A DNA stretch of 64,000 bases from a virus (taxonomy: Duplodnaviria > Caudoviricetes), in IMG/VR virus record IMGVR_UViG_3300032332_002377. The stretch is one strand, 5' to 3'. The notes beneath the pieces are model-generated. The model did no database searches. It worked only from the letters and a program-made list of their open reading frames with translations, and was not told the DNA's origin. Shown here piece by piece: positions 50,901 through 61,878 of the stretch (position 1 is the first letter of the stretch; every line of letters begins with the position of its first letter). A program made the position numbers and the translations under genes.

Positions 50901-53169
50901 ATGCTCCAGTATTTTTATCAATTCTAGTAAGCGTTTCTGTTGAATGGGCTATGTAAGCATTTTGATTGCCATCCAGAGCAATGTTACCAGCAAGCTTAAC
51001 GCCTGAAACAGGAAAGTTGTTTGCTGGTACTCCATCCAGATTAAATTTGTAAACCAAATCATTTCTGTCTTTAATGCTAGGAGGATTGTATGCGTTGTTT
51101 AAAGCTGTTAGCCAGACATACCTGTCTCTATCTACCACAACTTCAACTGGTGATATTAATGGAGGGAATGGAATTGTAGTGAGAATACTTCCATATGTAT
51201 TGTATTTTATAAGAAAATTGGATACAGGGTGTGTATAAGCTACCCAAACATTATCATCACCATCAGTATCTAAGGAAGAAGGCAGTAATGTATCTTCACC
51301 AGCATAACCGGATAATAATTCTATATTGTAATCAGATCCGAGATAATAGACGAGATTGGTTAAATTTGGATAAGCATAGTTCTTTAACACACCATCTGCA
51401 AAATTTATTTTAATACAAGAAACTGCATCAAAGAGAGATACCCACAAATCACCTTTACTATCAAGTGCTATACTATTAGGAGCTGCACTAGATAGAACTT
51501 CAGATCTAAGGTCCATGTAGTCCACACCAATTATGGAAGATACCGGGTAGGATGACAAGTTAAAAGAAGACAATATATTACCATATACGTCAAGCTTATA
51601 CAGAGCATTAGCTACTGCATCACCAATCCAAGCTTGATAATCACCGTTTGTACCTGCGCCAGATGGAGCAACTGCCACACAATATGAATTGCCAACACTT
51701 TGTAATGTTGAAAATTGCTGACCTGTGCCAGAAAGGATAATTGAAAGGCTACCTGCACAATAATTAAAAATGTTGGTTTTAAAGATACGTTGCACATACC
51801 TGTAGTTTGGTTCACATATCCAAGCTAATAAACTATCTTTTGGAAAGTTGACAGGATCAATTACTGTCATTCCTGCAGTTATTTTACAGTTAATAGTGCT
51901 TTCAGTAGGTAAAAAATATCCTTTATAGAAAGAACCAACAGAACGTGGAATGTCTTCTGTAAAATCACTGTAAAATTTAGCTGTAGTTATTCTTTCAACA
52001 TTATTTTTTACTAAATCTAATTGCAAATTAAATGTTGTAAGTAGGTTGCTTGTGGTATCATATCCTGTGTCTATTTTTAAACAAGATAATGCTGGATACG
52101 TTCTTGTTGTATAATTTTCAATGTCTTTCATTCTAACTACAAAAGGTATTTCTGTATTTTGCCAACTTATTTTAGGTATGTTAAAGTTAGTGGCTGAGAG
52201 TGATCCTTCTCCATCTATGCCATTAGATGTAATTGAAAGAACAGCTACTGGATTGTGTCTAACTTTAATAATTGGCTGCACAGCTGTTTGAAGTGTTTCA
52301 AATCCTTCAGGTGGGTATGGTATATAATCAAAAAGTTTATTCTTAAATGTGAAACTGTCATTAAAGTCAGCATTGTCTACTGTAGCAAATACAAATATAG
52401 GCGATTCTCTGGTAGAAAAGTTTTTAGTTCTGTCGTCAACATAATAAATTTCTGCATATCCTGTTGTTCCCGCAAAAATAGAACCAGTGTCTTCTTTGCT
52501 GCATCTTTCTAATATACCGTTGTTTAACCTGGCATAAATTTCTGTATCAATAGTAGAAATGGAAGTCACAATATTATAAGACTCTACATCACCTATTCTA
52601 ACTTTTTCATAAAATCTTGATAATGAGCGCAAATGACTCCATTTATCCCTATTATATGCATTAATGTCAATGTAGCTTCCTAAAGCACCAGAAGCATATA
52701 AGTTGATTGTGAATTTATTGCCAGTTAAAGAATTAAAAGTTTGAAAACTATTTCTTCTTTGAATAATTAATGGATCAATAATTTTGCTAGCTGGTACGTC
52801 ATAAATAAACCTGCCGTAATCTTTAAATTTTAAATCATCTGCAACAAAATTGAAAATAGAAACTGTAGGCTTGTAAAAATTTTCATATACAAATCCATTG
52901 TTATCAAAAACATTTAAAACTATTTTATAATTGCCTGGCCATTTATAGATATGTGTAGCTGTCAAATCAGCAGATGTAGTACCATCACCAAAATCCCATT
53001 GTAAAGTTTTGTTTGAGAGATAAGCATCTGTTGATAACAAGGTAGCAGTTGTAAAATCAGGAATACAGGTAAGAGGCGTGATGTCTAGCGTGTATGAAGA
53101 AAGAGAATTTTGACCTGTGTAATCTTTTATGTCAAAATAAACGTACGTGTAGTTTTTCTGCTCGGACAT
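47905..53169 (-). CDS. giant baseplate protein (gp7-like position): PKD, beta-propeller, two PT stalks, RCC1-like repeats
   Basis: [16 protein letters not shown]; LDSKGDLWV blades; W(F/Y)..G.N..G..G repeats; directly downstream of gp6. Confidence 0.72.
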   Translation of the reverse strand: MSEQKNYTYVYFDIKDYTGQNSLSSYTLDITPLTCIPDFTTATLLSTDAYLSNKTLQWDFGDGTTSADLTATHIYKWPGNYKIVLNVFDNNGFVYENFYKPTVSIFNFVADDLKFKDYGRFIYDVPASKIIDPLIIQRRNSFQTFNSLTGNKFTINLYASGALGSYIDINAYNRDKWSHLRSLSRFYEKVRIGDVESYNIVTSISTIDTEIYARLNNGILERCSKEDTGSIFAGTTGYAEIYYVDDRTKNFSTRESPIFVFATVDNADFNDSFTFKNKLFDYIPYPPEGFETLQTAVQPIIKVRHNPVAVLSITSNGIDGEGSLSATNFNIPKISWQNTEIPFVVRMKDIENYTTRTYPALSCLKIDTGYDTTSNLLTTFNLQLDLVKNNVERITTAKFYSDFTEDIPRSVGSFYKGYFLPTESTINCKITAGMTVIDPVNFPKDSLLAWICEPNYRYVQRIFKTNIFNYCAGSLSIILSGTGQQFSTLQSVGNSYCVAVAPSGAGTNGDYQAWIGDAVANALYKLDVYGNILSSFNLSSYPVSSIIGVDYMDLRSEVLSSAAPNSIALDSKGDLWVSLFDAVSCIKINFADGVLKNYAYPNLTNLVYYLGSDYNIELLSGYAGEDTLLPSSLDTDGDDNVWVAYTHPVSNFLIKYNTYGSILTTIPFPPLISPVEVVVDRDRYVWLTALNNAYNPPSIKDRNDLVYKFNLDGVPANNFPVSGVKLAGNIALDGNQNAYIAHSTETLTRIDKNTGAFTNFNAGTGQNTTNYICSIGGIAGDTSNFIWVLNNFDKKIYYFDAFLNTQPITSVDYLDIDFPFVPAYLTSAYEEKSFQAYGDWNGSRWINKYMIPYTVTRYISGESATFDIYQDSGVVNIQKINEDFNANEFYNDLRYQEILIDRDVFFNKFLGTIVGGLCAQPYELGKTVYEKIANFTSNISDVGKCNIDSLISFCYELGVQFEQYNYPYPPQFRRLVDLLSIKHKYLFGDTNKYGLDFNKRYTVNPNIGRNLGNKISPVSGIIYPGTPIVAYERFSNKYTLVNNHIQEPTPTPTPTPTPTVTPTPTPVPVINVTVNNQIVQPDYNTYSNFNVIVSTSVSSFDLQFSPTASCSILNNLDINNFSNCYLSGYNFANTYLDTNPIYIGFTGTLSALPNNYFTIYYYNTGSALIALQYLTSSPTPTPTPTVTPTPTPTPTITPTPTITPTPTITPTPTITNTPTVTPTPTVTPTVTPTPTITPTPTITPTPTSTPTPTPTITRTPTPTPTPTTTGAPTFTPTPTPTITNTPTPTPTATNTPTITPTPTLTNTPTPTPTITNTPTPTPTITPTPTPTSTPTPTPTITPTPLPAPVAGRLAFFGGTNSNQMFGIQSSTVTTLTALSTVASSVPQYSNFSLSDDGISPAHFALSANTTKWFGVGANDFGLLGIGNTFSVQLTAIPGDWIDITTGCSYSNSYTVAHSANSLRNKTYKWFATGPNAFGQFGDPLYTVGTQYNSFVPLTGLWSSIKIGDGYSIAQSANPNGTPSTKWYAAGRNTANNIFGFSQGGGGNYTSYTRITGDWVNMIPNRGSSTYACTFAQSAGPLGTGSTKWYAVGYNTTFGVFGNGSATNSQTFTAIPGNWYTIYSTTFTTIAQSANDVTGAPLTKWFATGYNTNGQMGRGFANASIISYAFSAIPGDFVQMYPCSYSSIVALSAGTSGTGSTAIYIAGNNDRGQFSNGSPLYTSIYVLSAIPYSLNQIYPSACTLLGILSTYVVTY
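49127..49642 (-). repeat. longest (Pro-Thr)n coding repeat (~170 codons); a second short tract lies at ~49966-50030
   Basis: degenerate 6-bp-period repeat. Confidence 0.9.
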
Positions 53170-55025
53170 TAGAATTCTCTCTCAAGTAGTTGAATAGAGG
53201 GTGTAATTACTTTCACCTTATCAATAAAAGAGGAAGAATTGTTAAGGTAGGGGAATTTAAAATAAGGAAGCTGTGTATCCTGTGCTACTATGCTAATGTC
53301 AGTGTAAGGATATACAGGGTTGTATGCCAGAAAACTTATGCCTGGTGTGGAGTAAGTCTGGTCTGCTTGTATTCTTATGGTCTTTATACCTATTACGCCT
53401 TCTATTTTGTTTATGCTGTTGGATAAATCTGTTAAAGAAACTAGCTTACCTAGATTGTTTTGTGTAGTTGAGAAATAATTGGTAAATATTTCTGCTACTT
53501 GTTTTTTAATTGCTTCAGGGTTTCTTTTTGATGTAATTTCTCTTGTAACTTCAAGATAGCAATTGTTGGATATATCAGGAGTCAGGCTTTCATTAACTAT
53601 TCTTACACCTAGATCAAACTGTACATAGACAGGATCGTTAAAAACAATCTCTGCAGTAGCCAGTTTGGTCTTGTTTATGTCATTAATAATGAGATTCTTT
53701 TGTGCAGCGTTTAGATAGTTAGTTCTTGTAGTAATGGAGGTAATTTTTTCTAACTTTGGTACTGCATATATATAGATATTATTAAAATTACAAGAATCAG
53801 AGAATTTTACTTGATTAAACAATATTCTTGATTCTAGGTTAGGCTTGGTAATACCCAAATCAAAGTAATACTTGACATGCTGACTTAAATAATCCCAATT
53901 GTTGACAACTTGTACTGAAGCTAGCAAGTTTCCATAATTTTTTAATATGTAACTAGTAAAATCTTCAGTAGTGATTAATCTAAACTGGCTCTTGAATGTA
54001 TTTGTGGCATTGGCTTTAATATTTGCAACTGATTCTGCAGGTACAAACTGTGTAGAAGGATCAGGGTTTTCAAAGCTTAAAAGATTTAACTCAGCTTGAG
54101 TAAGTACTCTCAAGTTAGTTGGTGTGGTATCAACTTTAATAGCATTAAATTTGGTTGTCCCATAATTAAAGAGTGTGTTACCATTGAGAACATTAGGCCC
54201 AATTTGACCAGTTGTGCCATTAGAAGAAATAAAATAAATTGCTACTTCATCGCCAGCATTGAGTTGCTTGCCGTTTACATTATTACCAAACTTAATTTCA
54301 TACCTTCCATCTTCATTTAATCTGATTTCATATTTTGTTGAGTTTGGTCTTTCTAAGAATAATGACTGTGAAGGCGACCACTTTACCCAAGTTGGTTTTG
54401 TAGCAGTATTGTCTTTTACATAAACGTCAATATTAAAATTATCTATAACTGTATTAACGTTGTTATTATCTACAGAAGTTATTGTCAATATCTCAAATGG
54501 CTCGCCAATTGCAAAATAAGAAGGATACTCTGTGTAGCTTCCTTGATACAGTAAATTTTGATCACTAAAGTCAGAAAGATATTCTGTACCAGAAATTGAT
54601 TTAGTAAAAGTGAGGTCATTGTTAAAACTATAAACTGTACCATTAACAGTAAAATAAGAATACCGTTGAATAGTGTATGTCTCAGGTGCTAGTTGATTGT
54701 TAGCATAAGCTTTAAACGGTAACAAAGCTGTCTGATATCCAACTGGATTGTATCCAATTAGTTTTACAATTTTGTTTATATTTTCGTAAATAGTTGCAGT
54801 ATTAAAATTACTTTCAGAAGCAGTTTGATTGAGATAGAAAAGCAGCACATTGTATGCATAAGCAATAATATCTATAATGGCTGAAATATTACTGCCTTCA
54901 AAATTTTGATCAGTGAATGTGGTATTGCTGTTTAGCCTCTTGATAATTAAACTCTTTAAAGACAACGCATCAAATGCTGCATAATTGTCTGTGTTTATCT
55001 GATAATTGTTATTGAGGGTTGCCAT
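53169..55025 (-). CDS. baseplate wedge subunit, T4 gp6-like
   Basis: [54 protein letters not shown]. Confidence 0.88.
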   Translation of the reverse strand: MATLNNNYQINTDNYAAFDALSLKSLIIKRLNSNTTFTDQNFEGSNISAIIDIIAYAYNVLLFYLNQTASESNFNTATIYENINKIVKLIGYNPVGYQTALLPFKAYANNQLAPETYTIQRYSYFTVNGTVYSFNNDLTFTKSISGTEYLSDFSDQNLLYQGSYTEYPSYFAIGEPFEILTITSVDNNNVNTVIDNFNIDVYVKDNTATKPTWVKWSPSQSLFLERPNSTKYEIRLNEDGRYEIKFGNNVNGKQLNAGDEVAIYFISSNGTTGQIGPNVLNGNTLFNYGTTKFNAIKVDTTPTNLRVLTQAELNLLSFENPDPSTQFVPAESVANIKANATNTFKSQFRLITTEDFTSYILKNYGNLLASVQVVNNWDYLSQHVKYYFDLGITKPNLESRILFNQVKFSDSCNFNNIYIYAVPKLEKITSITTRTNYLNAAQKNLIINDINKTKLATAEIVFNDPVYVQFDLGVRIVNESLTPDISNNCYLEVTREITSKRNPEAIKKQVAEIFTNYFSTTQNNLGKLVSLTDLSNSINKIEGVIGIKTIRIQADQTYSTPGISFLAYNPVYPYTDISIVAQDTQLPYFKFPYLNNSSSFIDKVKVITPSIQLLEREF

Positions 55026-55027
55026 AT

Positions 55028-55507
55028 TTAATTATTTAAAAAGAAACCTGAGTTACTCAAGGTTCCTACAAGCTGAAAAGATTGATTGTTGATTTGTGGT
55101 ACACCTATTTCCATCAATATTTGATAGTACTGACCTTCAATACTGAACCCTACAACAAGATTTTTTATCTTAATTCTAGGTTCATAAGTTGCTATCCCTG
55201 TAGTTATATCAGTAGCAATATTTGATGCTATGTCTTCATTGACAGGTTCAAACAGGTATTTTACTAGATTCAACCCAAAATAAGGGTTTAAAAGCTTTTG
55301 ACCTGGTATAGTTGTGAATAAGCTAACAATACTATTCTTTATAGCATCATAGTCTAAGCTATTGACTGCATCTTTAATCTGCTTTTTGCGTAAAAGTTCA
55401 TTGTTTATCAGGTAATCGAACATTAAATCTAGTTTTATGTCAGAATACGTGAATCCACGGCTAACTACAGGTTTTTGATTCAAGGATCTAATGGTTATGT
55501 TAGCCAT
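55028..55507 (-). CDS. baseplate wedge subunit, T4 gp25-like
   Basis: YSDIKLD, AIKNSI..LFTT.PGQK..NP.FG, YEPRI. Confidence 0.9.
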   Translation of the reverse strand: MANITIRSLNQKPVVSRGFTYSDIKLDLMFDYLINNELLRKKQIKDAVNSLDYDAIKNSIVSLFTTIPGQKLLNPYFGLNLVKYLFEPVNEDIASNIATDITTGIATYEPRIKIKNLVVGFSIEGQYYQILMEIGVPQINNQSFQLVGTLSNSGFFLNN

Positions 55508-55512
55508 ATTAT

Positions 55513-55520
55513 TATTTATA
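55513..55520 (-). promoter_or_regulatory. T4-type late promoter TATAAATA (representative of ~25 TAAATA/TAAGTA sites)
   Basis: 5 nt upstream of the gp25 ATG; same geometry at many other genes. Confidence 0.75.
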
Positions 55521-55567
55521 AAAAAAATAAAGAAGGAATAATAAGCTTGTTGAAATAAATAATTTAA

Positions 55568-56170
55568 ATGGAGAAGAGATTTAAAAGGCTTTACGAAGCT
55601 ACCCTTTCAAGATATACGCGTGGTGGCTTCCTAACAAGTGATAGAGTGAAGTTCGCTGATAATGCATTGAAGAATGATTTCTTTAAGAATCAGCCTGATT
55701 CTGTTAAGCAAGCAGTGCAAGAGCTTATTAATTCAGGTTTAAATCTGAGAGTAAGAAATGTCAAGTCTGCTATGCCAGCAGTTATGGGTGCTGGTAATCC
55801 TGATGACTATGGTTATAGTTTTTCTATTGAAATAGTGCCTGAAATTGCTCCTGGTACCTATGATGTCAATAAATCAGTTACTGTTCCTGCCAATTTATTA
55901 GTTCATCAGAACGATGGTATCAACTTACCACCAATTCCTGATAAATTAAAATATGATAATAAAGTTCAGATTAAACCAGAAGAGGTAGAAGTAAATGATG
56001 ATAAAACTCTATTAACACCCAGATCTAAGACGCATACGTCTGATGTTGGTGGTAAGCTTGAAAAAGGTGACAGAGAGTTACAGAATGTAAATACTCAGAT
56101 TCCTTCTAAACCAGCAGAAGGTCAGAAAGACCCTGCTGCTTATACTGCACAATACTTGCCTAAGAGCTGA
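55568..56170 (+). CDS. hypothetical late protein
   Basis: 200 aa; TAAATA 6 nt upstream; KRF..LYE N-terminus typical of T4-like head proteins. Confidence 0.65.
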   Translation: MEKRFKRLYEATLSRYTRGGFLTSDRVKFADNALKNDFFKNQPDSVKQAVQELINSGLNLRVRNVKSAMPAVMGAGNPDDYGYSFSIEIVPEIAPGTYDVNKSVTVPANLLVHQNDGINLPPIPDKLKYDNKVQIKPEEVEVNDDKTLLTPRSKTHTSDVGGKLEKGDRELQNVNTQIPSKPAEGQKDPAAYTAQYLPKS

Positions 56171-57096
56171 GTATCTGATAGTAAGATTACACACGCAAAA
56201 AAGTTAATTTCTTGATCTATTACAAATGCTGATCTGTACAAATGTTCAGCAACAATTAACAATGCTTTCTTCTTGTATTCTAAATCAGATTCATTCTCAT
56301 CTATGAAGTTGAATAAATTTCTCAAAAGCGATACATAATCTGAATTAAAGGATTGTTCATTTTCAATTAATGCTTTTCTAAGAGAATTAATATTTTTGTC
56401 TTTTATTTCTTTGTAGATTAAGGAAAGTAGATCATTAGGGTTAAATTCATTAATCTTAAGCTTTTTGGATACAGAAAATTTCTGCAATTCATTAATACAT
56501 AAACGAATATCGGGATAAAATTTTTTAACAAGTTCTAATAATTTTGCTTTTTGTCCATTTTCTATTTCAATTTTTTCTTTTTTGAGAACAGATGCGCATC
56601 TCTTAACAACTAAGTCCAGCGGGGGTGTTAGGTCAAGACTTTGGCATCTGCTTTGTAATGCAGGGATAATTTTATATTTGTAATTAGCAGTAAGAATAAA
56701 GCGTGTAAAACCAGCTAATTCTTCCATTGTATTGCGCAATGCACGTTGACCATCCATGGTAAGACCATCACATTCATCAAGAATAATGGTCTTTAAATTA
56801 CCATCAAAGCTTTTAGTCTGAGCAAATCCGGTCACCTTGGTACGTATAGTATCAATACCGTTCTCATCACTTGCGTTAATATAAAGATATTGACACCCTA
56901 ATAAATCATTTACTATGATTTTAGCGAGAGTTGTCTTACCAATACCTGGTGTACCTAGGAAAAGCAAATTAGGTATTTGTTTGTTCTGAGCAAAAGATTG
57001 AATAATCTCCAGATTTCTTTCCGATACAACAAAATCTTCCAGCTTATGTGGCCTATACTTTTCACACCAAAGGTTATTAAAGTCGTTTATTGTCAT
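56140..57096 (-). CDS. clamp loader ATPase subunit (T4 gp44/RFC-like)
   Basis: WCEKYRP, GTPGIGKTT, NASDE, LDECD, SRC, DQEIN. Confidence 0.93.
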   Translation of the reverse strand: MTINDFNNLWCEKYRPHKLEDFVVSERNLEIIQSFAQNKQIPNLLFLGTPGIGKTTLAKIIVNDLLGCQYLYINASDENGIDTIRTKVTGFAQTKSFDGNLKTIILDECDGLTMDGQRALRNTMEELAGFTRFILTANYKYKIIPALQSRCQSLDLTPPLDLVVKRCASVLKKEKIEIENGQKAKLLELVKKFYPDIRLCINELQKFSVSKKLKINEFNPNDLLSLIYKEIKDKNINSLRKALIENEQSFNSDYVSLLRNLFNFIDENESDLEYKKKALLIVAEHLYRSAFVIDQEINFFACVILLSDTQLLGKYCAV

Positions 57097-57545
57097 TTGC
57101 CTGAAGATCCAAACCCTTTTTCACCTCTTGCAGATTCTTGAACTGTGCCCCATTCAACATGCATTCCTAAGTTCATATAAACAACAAATTGAGCAATTCT
57201 GTCTCCTGATTTAATTTGATAATCTGTATCTGTTAAGTTATAGAGCTTGATACCAGCGTCACCACGGTAGCCATTATCTATAATACCAGGGTGAGCAGTT
57301 ATACCATACTTGAACCCTAAGCCGCTTCTGCTCTCCACTTTAACCCAATAGCCTTCTGGAATATCAGCAAATTTCAATCCAACACCTACTACAGCACTTC
57401 CACGAGCAAGAATTGTTTTATCTTCAACACTATACACATCATAACCTGTATCAGATTCATGATTTTTTGTGGGTAGTTTAGCTAAATCATGTGTTTTTTC
57501 AAACTTTAAAACAGGGATATACTGTAAATTAGGATCCATACTCAT
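57093..57545 (-). CDS. dut: trimeric dUTPase
   Basis: GYDV, SRSGL, GIIDNGYRG, GDRIAQ, RGEKGFGSSG. Confidence 0.95.
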   Translation of the reverse strand: MSMDPNLQYIPVLKFEKTHDLAKLPTKNHESDTGYDVYSVEDKTILARGSAVVGVGLKFADIPEGYWVKVESRSGLGFKYGITAHPGIIDNGYRGDAGIKLYNLTDTDYQIKSGDRIAQFVVYMNLGMHVEWGTVQESARGEKGFGSSGK

Positions 57546-57598
57546 ATTTGTATTATAGTATAAGCTTTAATAATTCAACTTCAACAGTAAATATTATT

Positions 57599-58054
57599 AT
57601 GAGCGATGAGCTAAATGAAATGGTAGGTGACTTGCTGAGTCAACTATCTGAAGCACAAACCAAAGCTAAAGAAGCAGAAAAAGAACAAAACCCTCTAAAG
57701 AAAGAAGAAATAGAAAAATTTGTAGTAGAGAAGGGTGGCAAGCTAGTTGAAGATAGTCTTGAAATGATAAAAAATGTTAAGGATTATATTATTTCTTCTC
57801 CAGAAGCAAAAGATGTAGATGCTTTTGCAGGGTTAGTTGCTGCAGCTAGCTCAGCTATTGATACGTTAAATAAAATTGTAGTAAATGACAAGAGAGCAGA
57901 CACCATAGTTAAAACCAAGCAGATGGACATTGATGCTAAAAGAGAATTAAAACAAGATGATAATGCTACTAAACTCTTAGCTACAAGAGAGCAAATATTT
58001 AAAGCATTAATAGCAGATAATAGTAAGATTATTGACGCTGAAATAGTTAATTAA
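57599..58054 (+). CDS. probable small terminase subunit (gp16-like)
   Basis: helical with C-terminal ATREQIFKAL; start moved to 57599 because TAAATA is 5 nt upstream. Confidence 0.45.
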   Translation: MSDELNEMVGDLLSQLSEAQTKAKEAEKEQNPLKKEEIEKFVVEKGGKLVEDSLEMIKNVKDYIISSPEAKDVDAFAGLVAAASSAIDTLNKIVVNDKRADTIVKTKQMDIDAKRELKQDDNATKLLATREQIFKALIADNSKIIDAEIVN

Positions 58055-58548
58055 AACTTTTTAATACAATTGCTTATGTTTTTCAAGTAACCTGATATAG
58101 GACCTAATTGACTATTTAATGCAGACTGTGCTATGCTTGTAATAGACCCAACAATATCTGTAAGAGCAAAAGCACCTACCTTTGGAAGCACGCTGAGCTT
58201 TTTAAGAGCAAAATCAAAAATGTTAATATTCAAAAGACTTGCTATGCTAGTAGGTGTAGGAAGTAGTTGACTGAAATTAGGTAATGATGGAAACTCACAG
58301 TTCATGAGCTGTTGCTTAGCTGTTTCTAGATAATTGTTGAAGGGGCTTGTGTATTGATCTGTATTGAATACTCTATTAGAATAACCATTAAAATAAGAAG
58401 TATCAGATGGTAACTCTTTTGGTGTTTCAAAGTAATCAGAAAAATTAGGCAAAATTGAACTTGACTGAGTAGATTTTTTGTTAATTTCTAAAATTTGACT
58501 GTTTAGTATCTGGCTGTAAGATGTTAATTCGTCTGCTGGTATTGCCAT
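58051..58548 (-). CDS. hypothetical structural protein
   Basis: 165 aa; TAAATA 5 nt upstream. Confidence 0.6.
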   Translation of the reverse strand: MAIPADELTSYSQILNSQILEINKKSTQSSSILPNFSDYFETPKELPSDTSYFNGYSNRVFNTDQYTSPFNNYLETAKQQLMNCEFPSLPNFSQLLPTPTSIASLLNINIFDFALKKLSVLPKVGAFALTDIVGSITSIAQSALNSQLGPISGYLKNISNCIKKF

Positions 58549-58559
58549 AAAAGTATTTA

Positions 58560-59933
58560 TTATGCAACGTTAAGGTTGTTTGTAATGTTAAAGAAGTTAG
58601 TTACGCCTGTATTAAAAACACCTGTATTAACACGTGGGTTAGAAAGCGTATTTTCATTGGTTTTATAGCTTAACAGATACTTGAACTTGCGTTGCAAGAT
58701 ATCCATGCTAACAGTGAATTTCTCTACATTTAGACCAAATAATATATCAGTTATGATTTGCTGATTTGTACCTGTTGCAGCAGTATCTCTAGGATTATAC
58801 CCGTTAATATTGTTAATGTTGCTAACGTACTGCACGTAATTAAAAATTCTGCTGTAGCTAGATTTTAATCTATCAAAATATGTAGATAAATTGTTCTTTA
58901 TAATATCAAATGTGTGTATATCGGTTATTAGATTAATACCATGCGCAGGATTAGAAGTAGGGTTGGTGTATGGATTTACATTTTTAGTTGTTAAATTTAT
59001 TTTAGCTAAATTATTTCTCATTAAAATAGTATTCATTTCACTCAAATCTGTTGCTACTTCTAGAGTTGTTTTAGATACTTTGTTTCTTAACTGTACCGGT
59101 AATACATTTGGCGCTGTGTATAATCCTGTTGTATAGTCTGTAAAGGGAATAGTTGAATCATCTAATAAGCAGTTGCTGTTAACAAGTATGCCTATTGAGT
59201 CGCTCAATTCAGTAAAGAAAGATTGGTTGGATGTATCTATGTTGAAGGTGATTAATGTTTTTAATGGTTGAGCTGTTATCTGATATCTTTTGACCCAAAA
59301 ATCAACAAAATCATTCCTTAGAATGGGCATTTTTTCTGAATTAAGTTTGCTGTAAAAATCACCTAAACTGCCTACAACATCATTATTTTGTAATGCAGTA
59401 TAATAATCGAGACTTATTTGTATTTCTTTTTCAAGTTGGGGAAATAGATTAACGTAATTTGAAATTTTCTTTAATATATCAACAGTAGTTGTATAGTTTA
59501 TATCTGCTAATTTTGGATCTATGGTTTTAGCAATGTAAGGGTAAGATGCAGGTAACGATGTTTTTTTAGCAGTAAATTCGGGTATACTTATAGTGTTGTC
59601 GGTAAGTGTGGGTGTTAAAGCTCTGCTAATTGTAGGTATAGTTGTGGTAGTAGTGGGAGTAGTAGCCGTTGATGAAGATGTATTACTAGTTGGTGTGTTT
59701 GATGTTACAGTTGTGTTGGGTGTTGTTGTTAAGCCTGCAAGTGCCCATGATGTATCAACTTCTGGAAGTGGTCCCCATGCAGTATTTGCAGTTTTGTTTT
59801 TACTAGGATCATATGTAGATGGCCCAGTTAAATCTAAAGGCTTTTTTTCAGTCTTTTTAAATTCTTGGTATTGTTTTCCATACTTTGTAGTTGGATCATT
59901 AAGCTCAGCAAAAGTATCATTTGTAAATTTCAT
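58560..59933 (-). CDS. hypothetical structural protein with T/S/P-rich linker
   Basis: TTTPNTTVTSNTPTSNTSSSTATTPTTTTT. Confidence 0.6.
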   Translation of the reverse strand: MKFTNDTFAELNDPTTKYGKQYQEFKKTEKKPLDLTGPSTYDPSKNKTANTAWGPLPEVDTSWALAGLTTTPNTTVTSNTPTSNTSSSTATTPTTTTTIPTISRALTPTLTDNTISIPEFTAKKTSLPASYPYIAKTIDPKLADINYTTTVDILKKISNYVNLFPQLEKEIQISLDYYTALQNNDVVGSLGDFYSKLNSEKMPILRNDFVDFWVKRYQITAQPLKTLITFNIDTSNQSFFTELSDSIGILVNSNCLLDDSTIPFTDYTTGLYTAPNVLPVQLRNKVSKTTLEVATDLSEMNTILMRNNLAKINLTTKNVNPYTNPTSNPAHGINLITDIHTFDIIKNNLSTYFDRLKSSYSRIFNYVQYVSNINNINGYNPRDTAATGTNQQIITDILFGLNVEKFTVSMDILQRKFKYLLSYKTNENTLSNPRVNTGVFNTGVTNFFNITNNLNVA

Positions 59934-61510
59934 AATACATTTTTATTTAAGAAGATATCAGTTGGAAGATATGTTTTAACACATACTAATTCATTTGTAT
60001 ATTTTGCATCTTCAAAAATATGGTTAACCTTAACTATAAAATATACACCTAAAAACTTGTTGTCAAAAGAAGTAGGCTGTTTATTATTTTCTCTATTTAT
60101 GCCAATAAATTTGCCAGACTGTCTATGAGTTCCGCCTTGTATTTTGAATGTTACAAAATTGTTTAAATAAACATAATTTTTTAAATTTTTAGCTAAACCT
60201 AACGCTAGTCTTTGATTTTTGTCCAATTCTACAACTGCAAATTCATTTGTAGTATTTTTATTTTGTTTTCTAAAGCTACCAAACTGAAATGTAGATTTGC
60301 CTTGTGTGGTAAAGGGAGTAATATAGTTGAGTTTAGAAACACGTTCTAATTCATCTGTGCTGTTTCTGTAAGATTCAACATCAAATTCTTTATTATTGTA
60401 ATTGTAAGAATGAATAATTTTACTGTTAAGTTCAGATTGTGAATAAAGACCTGCTATAAAATCAAAGCTATAGGTATCTAAACTGCCTTCAGACATAAAA
60501 TATGGTGCGTAAGGTGGTGTAAACTCTACATTAAACACTGGTAGACTATTTGTACCAGTGTTTGTATAGCCTGCAACCTTAAATGTTTCAAGATAATCAT
60601 TCCCTGGTACCATTACTCCTTCATTAAATGCAACAGCATTTTGAAAAACATCATAGAAACTTCTTAATGAATAAGTTTTAGGATATCTTTCTAATTGTAA
60701 AATGCATGGGCTATAATTTGAAGCAGGTGAACTTACATGCCTATCCCAAAGATAATTAATAGTGTCTATGCATTTAAAATTGCCTGGGGCTGAAAAGAAA
60801 ATAGTTGTTGCTCCTTGATCAAAAGTACTAAAAGTTGGGTTGAATCCCTCATTTTTATCTAGCCCTTCTACTAGAGCAGCAGATAATGCAGCACCTGTGG
60901 GTATTCTTCTTTCTTCATTACTAAAATCTTGTATATCACCTTTATCTTTAACGTTTAAATAATTTGCAGTAGAGAAATAAGAATTTTTTTCACGTAATAT
61001 TTCATAATCAAGATCCCAAAAATAGAGTTTCTTTAATTTACCATCTAATGAGCCATCATCAATTTCTTCTGTATTGTAAATAGCAAAATTGAAAGATAAT
61101 AAAAAATATTTTTCTACTTCTTTATCAGTAGTATTTGCACCTGTTTGTGTGAGCTTGGGCATTATTTGAACTACAAGAACATCTCTTGAGTCACCATTAA
61201 AAACATAACTACCTTTAGTATTTTCTTTTGGTGAACCAGGTATGTAATACTGTGGGTTAGATGCATCTATTTCTGGTGTGTAATCGCTTTCAATGTTATC
61301 TTGTCTGTTGTCAAGTACTACGTAACCACTGTGATAAGGGTTATCAATACTATCTTCTATATTGAGAGTTTTTATGGAAGAAGGTGGTAGTAATTTTAAT
61401 CTGCCATCAAAAGAACCAATAAACACTTTAAAATCATAAAAATTATTGTTTATTAGATAGGAAAAATCGCTGAAATTTGCATTACCAGCTACAGGTAGAA
61501 ATTCACTCAT
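59930..61510 (-). CDS. probable baseplate hub/tail protein
   Basis: IEDSIDNPY.SG N-terminus; GVYFIVKVNHIF...YTNELVCVK C-terminus; next to gp53. Confidence 0.6.
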   Translation of the reverse strand: MSEFLPVAGNANFSDFSYLINNNFYDFKVFIGSFDGRLKLLPPSSIKTLNIEDSIDNPYHSGYVVLDNRQDNIESDYTPEIDASNPQYYIPGSPKENTKGSYVFNGDSRDVLVVQIMPKLTQTGANTTDKEVEKYFLLSFNFAIYNTEEIDDGSLDGKLKKLYFWDLDYEILREKNSYFSTANYLNVKDKGDIQDFSNEERRIPTGAALSAALVEGLDKNEGFNPTFSTFDQGATTIFFSAPGNFKCIDTINYLWDRHVSSPASNYSPCILQLERYPKTYSLRSFYDVFQNAVAFNEGVMVPGNDYLETFKVAGYTNTGTNSLPVFNVEFTPPYAPYFMSEGSLDTYSFDFIAGLYSQSELNSKIIHSYNYNNKEFDVESYRNSTDELERVSKLNYITPFTTQGKSTFQFGSFRKQNKNTTNEFAVVELDKNQRLALGLAKNLKNYVYLNNFVTFKIQGGTHRQSGKFIGINRENNKQPTSFDNKFLGVYFIVKVNHIFEDAKYTNELVCVKTYLPTDIFLNKNVL

Positions 61511-61511
61511 A

Positions 61512-61877
61512 TTATTTCAATTGTGATTTTATATTATTAATAATAGGTACAATAAGGTTTGATTTAATTGCTCTTATAGTTGTTCCTGATTTAGGCTGTA
61601 ATACGGGGTTATTAATATTATTAACCAAGCATATTAACCACCAAAGTTCAATAGTATTATATAGATTAAAACTAATTAATGTCCAAGGCATTTTTTTAGG
61701 CACAGCATAGTAGAAGAATTGAGATGGATCTAGATTTGGAAGAAGGTTAATTTTTTTAATTATATTGTAGAAATAATAATTATCCGTATTTTTATACACT
61801 TTAAAAATATTTTCATATCTATAGTTGTTGAGAGGTATGAGCTCAGGTATATTATTTTGATAATTACCTAGGTCCAT
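61512..61877 (-). CDS. baseplate wedge subunit, T4 gp53-like (LysM-like)
   Basis: ISFNLYNTIELWWLICLVNNINNP. Confidence 0.8.
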   Translation of the reverse strand: MDLGNYQNNIPELIPLNNYRYENIFKVYKNTDNYYFYNIIKKINLLPNLDPSQFFYYAVPKKMPWTLISFNLYNTIELWWLICLVNNINNPVLQPKSGTTIRAIKSNLIVPIINNIKSQLK

Positions 61878-61878
61878 A

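Noticed and set aside
57548-57598. N-terminal extensions given by the ORF track (57548, also 8836 and 14754)
   Set aside because: Downstream ATGs fit the promoter spacing or domain start better (57599, 8815, 14694).
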